Assembly (NCBI GenBank): GCA_050699035.1
Contig: JBOHDE010000003.1
Coordinates: 1 to 52,008, forward strand
Direction: 5' to 3'
Length of the DNA: 52,008 nt
DNA from: Nocardioidaceae bacterium
GTDB lineage: Bacteria; Actinomycetota; Actinomycetes; Propionibacteriales; Nocardioidaceae
Position 1 is the first letter of the stretch; every line of letters begins with the position of its first letter. The position numbers and the translations under genes were made by a program. Shown here in pieces: positions 29,403 to 36,716 of this stretch. The notes beneath the pieces were generated by a model, which did no database searches, was not told the origin of the DNA, and was given only the letters and a program-made list of their open reading frames with translations.

Positions 29403-30406
29403 CGGCCGGCACGATCGCCGAGCCGGCCCCGGGCACGGCCGGGACGCCGCGGAGCACCCGCGCCCGGATCGCCCGGCTCGTGCAGCGGCAGGGAGCACTC
29501 GTCATCCTCGTACTCGCGGCGCTTTCCGCGACGGCGGCCTTCGACTCGTTCGGCACGCAGCGCAATGTCACCAGCATCGCCGTGCAGGTGTCGTTCCTCG
29601 CGGTCGTGGCGCTGGGGATGACGTTCGTGATCCTGACCGGCGGCATCGACCTGTCGGTCGGGTCGGTGTTCGCGCTCGGCGGGGTGCTGGCGGCGTGGGG
29701 GTCACAACACGGCGCGTGGGTGGCGCTGCTGCTGCCGCTGGGGATGTGCGGGGCCATCGGGCTGGTGCAGGGGCTGATCATCGCCCGCGGTGGGCTGCCG
29801 CCGTTCATCGTCACGTTGGCCGGGCTGCTCTTCGCTCGCGGTCTGCTGCTTGCACTCACCGACGAGGGCTCGACGACCTACAAGGTGCCGGCCGGCTCGG
29901 CGTTCCGCGAGCTGGCGCAGGGCAAGCTGCTCGGCGTGAACCACTCGGTCTGGGTCGTGGTCGTGCTGTTCGCCGTCGGCGGGCTGGTGCTGCACCGGAC
30001 GTCGTACGGCTCGACGGTGCTGGCGATCGGCGGCCAGGAGGATGCGGCCGACCTGATGGGGTTGCCGGTGGCGCGGACGAAGATTGTGGCGTACGTGATG
30101 TCCGGTCTGCTGGCGGGTCTCGGCGGCATCTTGATCGCGTCGTACACCTCGTCGGGGGTGACGATCCTCGGCGTCGGGATGGAGCTGGAGGCGATCGCCG
30201 CGGTGGTGCTCGGTGGCACCTTGCTGACCGGTGGTGCGGGCACCGTGCTCGGCACGCTGGTGGGCGTGCTGCTGCTGCAGGTGATCAAGAACGTCATCAA
30301 CCAGGTGGGGTCACTCGACTCCAACTGGCAGGCCGTGGTGAGCGGCTCGATCCTGCTGCTGGTGGTGACGCTGCAGCGGTATCTGGCCCGGGTCGAACGC
30401 CGCTGA
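29399..30406 (+). CDS. sugar ABC transporter permease (YjfF-like second permease)
   Basis: GTGA overlap with the upstream permease. Contains FVILTGGIDLSVGSVFAL. 335 aa. Confidence 0.85.
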   Translation: MTAGTIAEPAPGTAGTPRSTRARIARLVQRQGALVILVLAALSATAAFDSFGTQRNVTSIAVQVSFLAVVALGMTFVILTGGIDLSVGSVFALGGVLAAWGSQHGAWVALLLPLGMCGAIGLVQGLIIARGGLPPFIVTLAGLLFARGLLLALTDEGSTTYKVPAGSAFRELAQGKLLGVNHSVWVVVVLFAVGGLVLHRTSYGSTVLAIGGQEDAADLMGLPVARTKIVAYVMSGLLAGLGGILIASYTSSGVTILGVGMELEAIAAVVLGGTLLTGGAGTVLGTLVGVLLLQVIKNVINQVGSLDSNWQAVVSGSILLLVVTLQRYLARVERR

Positions 30407-30484
30407 CCCGATTCCCTTGCGCGGCCGTTTCCCGCGGGCTTACGCTCATTCGTACCTGGTGCGCATCACGAAACGGGTTGCTTT

Positions 30485-31351
30485 ATGCGCAACAAAGACA
30501 AGGCTGTTGTGCTGCGCGGCCTGCTCGAACGGGCCCGCTACGAGGTGCTGCCCACCGCCTCCATCGAGGACACGGTGTGCGCGGAGGTGCCACCTGGCCG
30601 CACGCTGACGGTGACGGCGTCTCCGTCGAAGGGTCTCGAGGCCACGTTGTCGCTGGCCGAGCGGCTGGTCGGCCATGGGTACGACGTGGTGCCCCATCTC
30701 GCGGCCCGGATGATCAGCGGGTCCTCGGAGCTGAAGGAGATCGTCGAGCGGCTCGTACCCGTCGGTGTCACCACGGTGTTCGTGCCGGCCGGCGACGCCG
30801 ACCCGCCGGCTGGCTCGTACCAGGGCTCGGTGGAGCTGCTCGAAGACCTGACCGCACTCGGCCGGCCGTTCGCGAACGTCGGTATCACGGGGTATCCCGA
30901 GAGCCATCCCTCCATCGGCGACGACCTGACGATCCAGGCCATGTGGGACAAGCGGCACTTCGCCACCGAGGTGGTCAGCAACCTGACATTCGACGCCGCC
31001 ATGCTGCGGACCTGGGTGACGCGGATGCGCGCGCGGGGTATCACCATGCCGCTGCTGGTCGGGCTGCCGGGGCCGGTCGAGCGGACCAAGCTGCTGGCGA
31101 TGGCGACCAAGATCGGGGTGGGCGAGTCGACCAGGTTCCTGGCCAAGCACAAGTCGACGTTCGCCCGGATCGCCGCGCCCGGTGGCTACAGCCCGGAGCG
31201 GTTCTTGGAGAAGGCGTCCCCGGTGCTCGGCGACCCGTTGTCGTTCGTCGCGGGTCTGCACGTCTTCACGTTCAACCAGGTGGCCGAGACCGAGCGTTGG
31301 CGGGCCAGCCTGGTCGCCCGGCTGGGCGGGCCGGTCGGCGCGGCGAGCTGA
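30485..31351 (+). CDS. methylenetetrahydrofolate reductase family protein
   Basis: 288 aa. EVLPT ... TVTASPSKG ... VPHLAAR ... VFVPAGD ... GITGYPESHP ... VSNLTFD ... PLLVGLPGP is the MTHFR TIM-barrel pattern. There is no obvious RBS, so the start is uncertain. Confidence 0.75.
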   Translation: MRNKDKAVVLRGLLERARYEVLPTASIEDTVCAEVPPGRTLTVTASPSKGLEATLSLAERLVGHGYDVVPHLAARMISGSSELKEIVERLVPVGVTTVFVPAGDADPPAGSYQGSVELLEDLTALGRPFANVGITGYPESHPSIGDDLTIQAMWDKRHFATEVVSNLTFDAAMLRTWVTRMRARGITMPLLVGLPGPVERTKLLAMATKIGVGESTRFLAKHKSTFARIAAPGGYSPERFLEKASPVLGDPLSFVAGLHVFTFNQVAETERWRASLVARLGGPVGAAS

Positions 31352-31453
31352 CGTCGCCACCGGTCGTCGGACCGCCGATCCGGGCACTGGGGAAACAATT
31401 GTGCGTTGTGGGGGACGAGAGTTCCCCCAGCGACCGACGAGCGACTGCTCGGG

Positions 31454-32104
31454 CTAGCGGTAGGCGCGTTGCGAGTCGCGGCCCCACGTCGTGGACGTCT
31501 CCTTCGCAGAGAGTCGCCACGATGACGGCTTGGAGGAGAAGGTCGTCGTTGAGACGCGGCCCCTCGAGTCGCTGGTGAGCGTCTTGACGTAGCGCCACCT
31601 GCCGGCGCTGTACCGCTGAAGGGTGACTTTCGTCCCGGCCCAGGGTCGGAAGGCGGTGTAGGTCGGGGACCACCGGGTGACTGTGCCGGCGACGGCGACT
31701 GTATTGCCACGGCGAGAGGTGGATGTGACGCTCGATCGTGAGCCCCACTTGACGATGATGTCGTCGACCGCATTGCCCGCCCGGTCGCATTCAGCCAGCA
31801 TCCGGTAACCGCCCGGCCGGACCTCCCAGTCATAGATCCGCATGTCCCCAGAGCTCGCATCAGCGTCCGCAAAGTCAATGTCGACGAGGGTCCGGCTGGA
31901 CGTGTGCTGCAGTTCGATCGAGCACCAGTCATTGTTCAGATCGACTCCGTTGACACTCCACCGGACGTTTTCGTACGAGTGGACGACCGCCACTTTCTCC
32001 GGCGTCGCGTCAATGCTCGGAGCCGCGTAGGCGCCGGGGGTAGCCGACACGACTCCGACTGTGGCGGCGACGATGCCGACGAGGGCAGGGCGGAGGCGGA
32101 CCAT
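31454..32104 (-). CDS. secreted hypothetical protein (signal peptide plus beta-rich domains)
   Basis: Signal peptide: MVRLRPALVGIVAATVGVVSATPGAYA. 216 aa. The C-terminal half resembles prealbumin/Big-like repeats (TVAVAGTVTRW ... GTKVTLQRYSAGRWRYVKTLTSDSRGRV). Codon usage is atypical (see findings). Confidence 0.5.
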   Translation of the reverse strand: MVRLRPALVGIVAATVGVVSATPGAYAAPSIDATPEKVAVVHSYENVRWSVNGVDLNNDWCSIELQHTSSRTLVDIDFADADASSGDMRIYDWEVRPGGYRMLAECDRAGNAVDDIIVKWGSRSSVTSTSRRGNTVAVAGTVTRWSPTYTAFRPWAGTKVTLQRYSAGRWRYVKTLTSDSRGRVSTTTFSSKPSSWRLSAKETSTTWGRDSQRAYR

Positions 32105-32215
32105 GGGGGTTGCCTTTCGAGGAGAGTGCCGGAAGTCCCAGGCGCGGTGAGACTAGTGGCCCCGGGCGGACCGTGTGGTCGCTTTGGGGAAACTCGGTCG
32201 AGACTGCGCCGCGGT

Positions 32216-33262
32216 TCAGGCCAGGTGTTGGTCGAGGAAGTCAACGGTGCGCCGCATCGACCGCGGCCATTGCGGCCCGAAGGCATGCGCCTCCCCGTCG
32301 TACACGTGCAGCCTGGCATCGACACCTGCGCTCGTCAGCGCGGACAACGTCGTTCGGCTCCACGCGATCGGGCAGCTGTCGTCGGCCGTGCCGTGATGCA
32401 TCAGCACCGGCTCGGTGACCCGGTCGAAGTAGGTGCGCGGGCTGACATGCCGCCAGAACCACGGGTTGGCCTCGGGAGACCCATACGCGGCGATGATCTG
32501 TCGAGCGGCGCCGGCGCGTTCCGGCCGGGTCCAGCGGTTGAAGTTGTCGACCGTGTCGGAGCTGACCGACGCGAACACGACCGCGGCGTCGACGAGGCCG
32601 GGCTGCACGGCGAGCGCGTTCAAGGTGACGCCGCCGCCCATCGACCGGCCCAGCAGCGCCACCCGCTCACCGTCGATCTTGGGGTTGGTGGAGGCCTTGA
32701 CCGCGAGTACGGCGTTGATGACGTCCTCGGTGTAGCCGAGCCGCAATCGCTGCTCCGCCGACCGGTCGGGCGACGACTGCGCATGACTTCGGTAGTCGGT
32801 GTGCAGGACGACGTACCCCTCGCGGGCGAGGTAGTCCTGCTCCCGCATCAGGCCCTGGCCGTTGTTGTAGATCGCGGGATCGATGTAGCCGTGGTTGAGG
32901 ACGACCACCGGGAACGGACCGTTGCCCTGGGGCAGGTTGAGGATCCCGGAGATGGTCAGGCGACCGCTCTTGTACGTCGCGAAGTAGCGCGTGTACGCGT
33001 CGGTGCGGGCCAGGACACGACCAACCCGCAGGCCGCGTCCGTCGTACTCCTTGCGCATCAGAGCGGGCAAGGACACCGGATGGGGCGGTTTCGCCGTCCG
33101 GGTCGGGCTGGTGTTGGTCGGGCTGGGTGAGTCCGGAGCGGTCGACGTCGTCGTGGGTGGTGGCGTGGCCCGGGGAGCGGACTGCTCTTCGGCCGGGGCG
33201 GAGGTGCAGGCCGTGAGTACGCCGATCAGGACGAACAACGCCATGAACTGGGGTGCGCGCAT
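32216..33262 (-). CDS. alpha/beta hydrolase, prolyl-oligopeptidase (S9)-like lipoprotein
   Basis: Lipobox LIGVLTAC, then a Pro/Thr linker. Nucleophile elbow LLGRSMGGG. C-terminal MHHGTADDSCP ... GEAHAF, typical of the S9/dienelactone-hydrolase-like catalytic Asp/His region. Confidence 0.75.
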   Translation of the reverse strand: MRAPQFMALFVLIGVLTACTSAPAEEQSAPRATPPPTTTSTAPDSPSPTNTSPTRTAKPPHPVSLPALMRKEYDGRGLRVGRVLARTDAYTRYFATYKSGRLTISGILNLPQGNGPFPVVVLNHGYIDPAIYNNGQGLMREQDYLAREGYVVLHTDYRSHAQSSPDRSAEQRLRLGYTEDVINAVLAVKASTNPKIDGERVALLGRSMGGGVTLNALAVQPGLVDAAVVFASVSSDTVDNFNRWTRPERAGAARQIIAAYGSPEANPWFWRHVSPRTYFDRVTEPVLMHHGTADDSCPIAWSRTTLSALTSAGVDARLHVYDGEAHAFGPQWPRSMRRTVDFLDQHLA

Positions 33263-33360
33263 GAATCCATGGTGCCTCGGCGGGTCCAGAACACGCGCAG
33301 TCTGTCTGCTCGGCCGGGAGGATGTGGTGGGATCGAACTAGTCGACAGAGGGGTGATTCG

Positions 33361-34113
33361 ATGCTGCTCGAAGGCAGGAACGCGGTCATCTACGGAGCCG
33401 GTGGAGCGATCGGTGGTGCGGTTGCCCGGGCCTTCGCCGCAGAGGGGGCGCGGGTCTTCCTTACCGGCCGCACGCGGGCGAAGCTGGATCTGGTCGCGGA
33501 GGAGATCCGGTCGGCGGGTGGTGCAGCCGAGGCGGCCGAGGTCGATGCGCTCGACGAGCAGGCAGTGGACGAGCATGCCGACGCGGTGGCGGCGCAGGGT
33601 GGCCTCGACGTCTCCGTCAACCTGATCGCCCATGGGGACGTTCATGGGACGCCGATGGCGCAGATGCGGCCCGAGGACTATGCCCGGCCGGTCGAGATCG
33701 CCGTCCGGACGACGTTCCTGACCTCGCGGGCCGCGGCCCGCCACATGATCCGGCAGCGGTCGGGGGTGATCTTGGCGTTCGGCGGCTCAGGCGACCCGAT
33801 GCGCGACTACTACCTGGGCGGCACCCAGGTCGCGTTCGAGGCGATCGAGTCGATGCGGCGGCAGCTGGCGGCCGAGCTGGGACCGTACGGCGTGCGGGTC
33901 GTGACGCTGCGTACGGGCGGTGTGCCCGAGACGATCCCGGCCGGCGCCGACGGGCGAGCAGAGATCGTCGGCGGGATCGAGAGTCAGACCATGACGGGCC
34001 GGGCGGCGACGCTCGAGGACGTGGGGAACGTGGCCGCCTTCGTGGCGTCCGACCGGGCCCGCACCATGACCGCGGCCACCGCCAACATCAGCGCTGGTGC
34101 GTTGGTCGACTAG
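33361..34113 (+). CDS. SDR-family oxidoreductase
   Basis: GRNAVIYGAGGAIGGAVARAFAAEGARVFLTGR is the Rossmann TGxxxGxG-type motif. 250 aa. The start is trimmed to the ATG at 33361. Confidence 0.8.
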   Translation: MLLEGRNAVIYGAGGAIGGAVARAFAAEGARVFLTGRTRAKLDLVAEEIRSAGGAAEAAEVDALDEQAVDEHADAVAAQGGLDVSVNLIAHGDVHGTPMAQMRPEDYARPVEIAVRTTFLTSRAAARHMIRQRSGVILAFGGSGDPMRDYYLGGTQVAFEAIESMRRQLAAELGPYGVRVVTLRTGGVPETIPAGADGRAEIVGGIESQTMTGRAATLEDVGNVAAFVASDRARTMTAATANISAGALVD

Positions 34114-34276
34114 GGTGTGGCTCCTTACTCCGCTGACCTGCTGCGCGACCCTCGGAGGGCGCCTCGCGGCGTTGTCGTCGTCGCACGATGCTGCGCATCG
34201 CGTCTCCTCCTCCGCCTTGCGATGCATCCCACCGAGCGCCGCTCGCGACGGTCGGGAGTAAGGAGCCACACCCTAG
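34110..34276. mobile_element. 167-bp MITE-like element with 22-bp perfect terminal inverted repeats
   Basis: CTAGGGTGTGGCTCCTTACTCC (34110-34131) and GGAGTAAGGAGCCACACCCTAG (34255-34276) are exact reverse complements. Read as a 19-bp TIR, the element is flanked by TA on both sides. It carries no ORF. Confidence 0.45.
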
Positions 34277-34383
34277 GCGTTGATCGGCCCGGTTTTCGTC
34301 CACAGGGCAAGGAGATACGGCCTGTATCCACAGGTCGAATCGAGGTTCTGATGGTGACGGCGACCCTCCTCTAGCGTCGGGGG

Positions 34384-35676
34384 ATGGAGTTCTTCGACGA
34401 GCCGGTTGACCTACAGCCCTGGAGGCTGTCGGACGCCGAGGTCGTCGACGCGATGGATGCCGCGTACGAGGCGGCGACGCGGGCGCATGCGGTGGCCCTG
34501 CGGCTGCTCGTCGAGGTCGACAGGCGCGGGCTGGCGAAGGCGGCCGGGGCTTCGTCGACGCAGGCCTGGCTGCAGCAGCGGCGGCGGTTCCGTCCTCAGC
34601 AGGCCAGACGTGACGTGGAGCTCGCCCGGTTGATCGACATCCGCAACCCCGCGGACCCCGAGTCCGACGGGCGGGTCGAGGGAGCGGCAGTCGGCGCGGC
34701 GCTGGACGCGGGTGCGATGACGGTGGATCAGGCCGGAGTGGTCGCGATCGCGCTGTCGGAGCTGCCGGAGGACCTGGCGGCCGGGCCGCGGGTGCAGGCG
34801 GAGGAGATCCTGGTCGCCGAAGCGGGTCGGCTCAGCCCGGCCGATCTGTGCCGGGCCGGACATCAGGTCCTGGCGCAGGTCGACCCCGACGCCGCCGACC
34901 GAACACTGGCCGAACAGCTCGCCCGTGAGGAGCGCGAGGCCTACCGACTGAGGTCGGCCACCAGGTGGGCGGACGGCCACGGGTCGGTGCATTACCGGGT
35001 TCGAGTGCCGAACGCCGAGGACGCACACATCTGGCCGGTGCTCGATGCCCTCGCTCGGCCGACGCCGTCAGACGGCAGCGGGCAGCGCGACGAGCGGACC
35101 GGACGGCAGCGGATGGCCGACGCCGTCGTCGAGACGTTCCGCCGGGTCAGCCTCGACGGCGGGCTGCCCACGAACGGCGGCGACCGCCCACGAGCGACTA
35201 TCACCATGGAGCTCGAGACGCTGCGGTCGGGCCTCGGCGCCGCCAGCAACGTCGACACCGGCGACCTGCTGTCCGCCGACGCCGCCCGTCGGCTCGCCTG
35301 CGACGCCCAGGTCATCCCGGTCGTGCTCGGCGGAGCCGGCCAGGTCCTGGATGTCGGCCGGGCCCGCCGAACTTTCGACGGTCCAGTCCGCACCGCGGTC
35401 ATCGTCCGCGACGGTGGCTGTGTGCATCCCGGTTGTGACCGTCCGGCCCGCTGGTGCGACGTGCATCACGTGATCCCGTGGTGGGCCGGCGGCGACACCA
35501 GCCTCGCCAACGGCGTCCTTCTCTGCGGGTTCCATCACACGCTGTACGACAACGGCACCTGGCACCTCAGTTTCGCCGCCGACGGCATCCCGGAGGCCGT
35601 TCCACCGACCTGGGTCGACCGCGCCCAGCGGCCTATCCGCAACACTCGGTTCAAACGACGACCCGACGCCGCCTGA
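34384..35676 (+). CDS. DUF222 / HNH endonuclease-domain protein (REP13E12-like)
   Basis: The N-terminal DUF222-type region has Ala/Arg-rich helices. The C-terminal HNH reads DGGCVHPGCDRPARWCDVHHVIPWWAGGDTSLANGVLLCGFHHTLYDNGTW. Confidence 0.85.
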   Translation: MEFFDEPVDLQPWRLSDAEVVDAMDAAYEAATRAHAVALRLLVEVDRRGLAKAAGASSTQAWLQQRRRFRPQQARRDVELARLIDIRNPADPESDGRVEGAAVGAALDAGAMTVDQAGVVAIALSELPEDLAAGPRVQAEEILVAEAGRLSPADLCRAGHQVLAQVDPDAADRTLAEQLAREEREAYRLRSATRWADGHGSVHYRVRVPNAEDAHIWPVLDALARPTPSDGSGQRDERTGRQRMADAVVETFRRVSLDGGLPTNGGDRPRATITMELETLRSGLGAASNVDTGDLLSADAARRLACDAQVIPVVLGGAGQVLDVGRARRTFDGPVRTAVIVRDGGCVHPGCDRPARWCDVHHVIPWWAGGDTSLANGVLLCGFHHTLYDNGTWHLSFAADGIPEAVPPTWVDRAQRPIRNTRFKRRPDAA

Positions 35677-35714
35677 CATACGAGATCGCTCGGCGACGAG
35701 CGGGCGAACCCTGA

Positions 35715-35985
35715 CGGGAGTACGAGTTCAACGAGCACGATCTCGCCACACAGGCAGCGGCGCTTCCGGAGCGGTTCTCAGACCGACTGGAAGCAGGCGA
35801 CCTTGCCGACGTTCGCTCGCTCGCCGATGGTGGCGAATGGGCCGAAGAGATCGACGTGCTCATGGCATGTCTGCACGACGCAGGCAAAACGAGTCACCCG
35901 CGCTGAACGAGATCAACTGGCCGCGCTGCTTGACGTCATCCAGGTGCCCCACGACCGCCTGGACGTCATCGAGGTGGCTGGCTAG
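35715..35985 (+). pseudogene. possible frameshifted, start-less gene remnant
   Basis: One frame reads EYEFNEHDLATQAAALPERFSDRLEAGDLADVRSLADGGEWAEEIDVLMACLHDAGK, then a stop. A frame shift continues as RVTRAERDQLAALLDVIQVPHDRLDVIEVAG. There is no start codon. GC3 is depressed (19 of 62 codons end in A/T by hand count). Confidence 0.2.
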
Positions 35986-36035
35986 TCGCCACAGCAGCAG
36001 ATCGGCAAGCCAGGTCAAGCGCCAACGACCGCGGG

Positions 36036-36716
36036 TCAGGTGGGGCGCACCGGCACGGACCGCGGGAGCAGGTCGGCGATCGCTCGCTCAAGTCCGGCGG
36101 TGCCGGTGTCGACCACGGTCAGCGGGAGGCCGAGGGCGTCGGCGGCCTGCTGCGCGAGCCGGTGCAGCTCCGGGTCCGGCTCCTGGGCCAGCCAGACCAC
36201 CCGGGTGTAGTGGCCGAAGTAGTCGTCGCGCAGCTCGGGATGGCGGTCGAGCCCGAGTTCCTGGAGCACGGTGCGGCCGAACGAACGCACCAGAAAGTCG
36301 GTGAGGACGTAGGTACCGGGCTGCTCGTCGAAGAAGCGCTGCAACTGAGCCGGACCCGCGTACACGTCGTAGCAGTGCAGACCGGCCAGCCGCCGCAGGT
36401 TGAGCCGGTCGCACACCTCGTCGAGGGCGCCGTACGTGCCACAGTCGGCGTAGCCGATCGCCACTGTCGGGTAGCGGCGCAGCAGCGACGTCGCGAGCGT
36501 CTCCACCTGCCCGGCGATGAGCTGGGGCCGGTTGTGCAGCAGCGGAGGCAGCGGGTGCACGTCGACGGGCCACGCGTGCCGGTGGACCAGCGCCGTGGCC
36601 GGCTGGGCGAGCGCGCCGCAGGCAATCAACCCGATGCGGGCAGCGACCTCAGCCGGGGAACGCGAGCTGGTCGACGAACTTGTCGTTGAAGTCAGCACGG
36701 TCGGAGAGCTCGACAT
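36036..36716 (-). CDS. DUF1638 domain protein (unknown function, associated with corrinoid methyltransferase loci)
   Basis: 226 aa. IGLIACGAL ... HPLPPLLHNRP ... IGYADCGTYGALD ... LHCYDVYAG ... VLTDFLVRSF matches my memory of DUF1638. Start is the ATG at 36716 or the GTG at 36698. Either overlaps the upstream gene end (36649) by 50-68 nt. Confidence 0.65.
   Translation of the reverse strand: MSSSPTVLTSTTSSSTSSRSPAEVAARIGLIACGALAQPATALVHRHAWPVDVHPLPPLLHNRPQLIAGQVETLATSLLRRYPTVAIGYADCGTYGALDEVCDRLNLRRLAGLHCYDVYAGPAQLQRFFDEQPGTYVLTDFLVRSFGRTVLQELGLDRHPELRDDYFGHYTRVVWLAQEPDPELHRLAQQAADALGLPLTVVDTGTAGLERAIADLLPRSVPVRPT

Noticed and set aside
35803-36304. Track ORFs 35803..35985 (+, 60 aa) and 35837..36304 (+, 155 aa) as real genes.
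   Set aside because: The first uses a non-ATG start and is the second half of the frameshifted remnant. The second is Arg-rich and overlaps DUF1638 antisense. Neither has an RBS or a recognisable domain.
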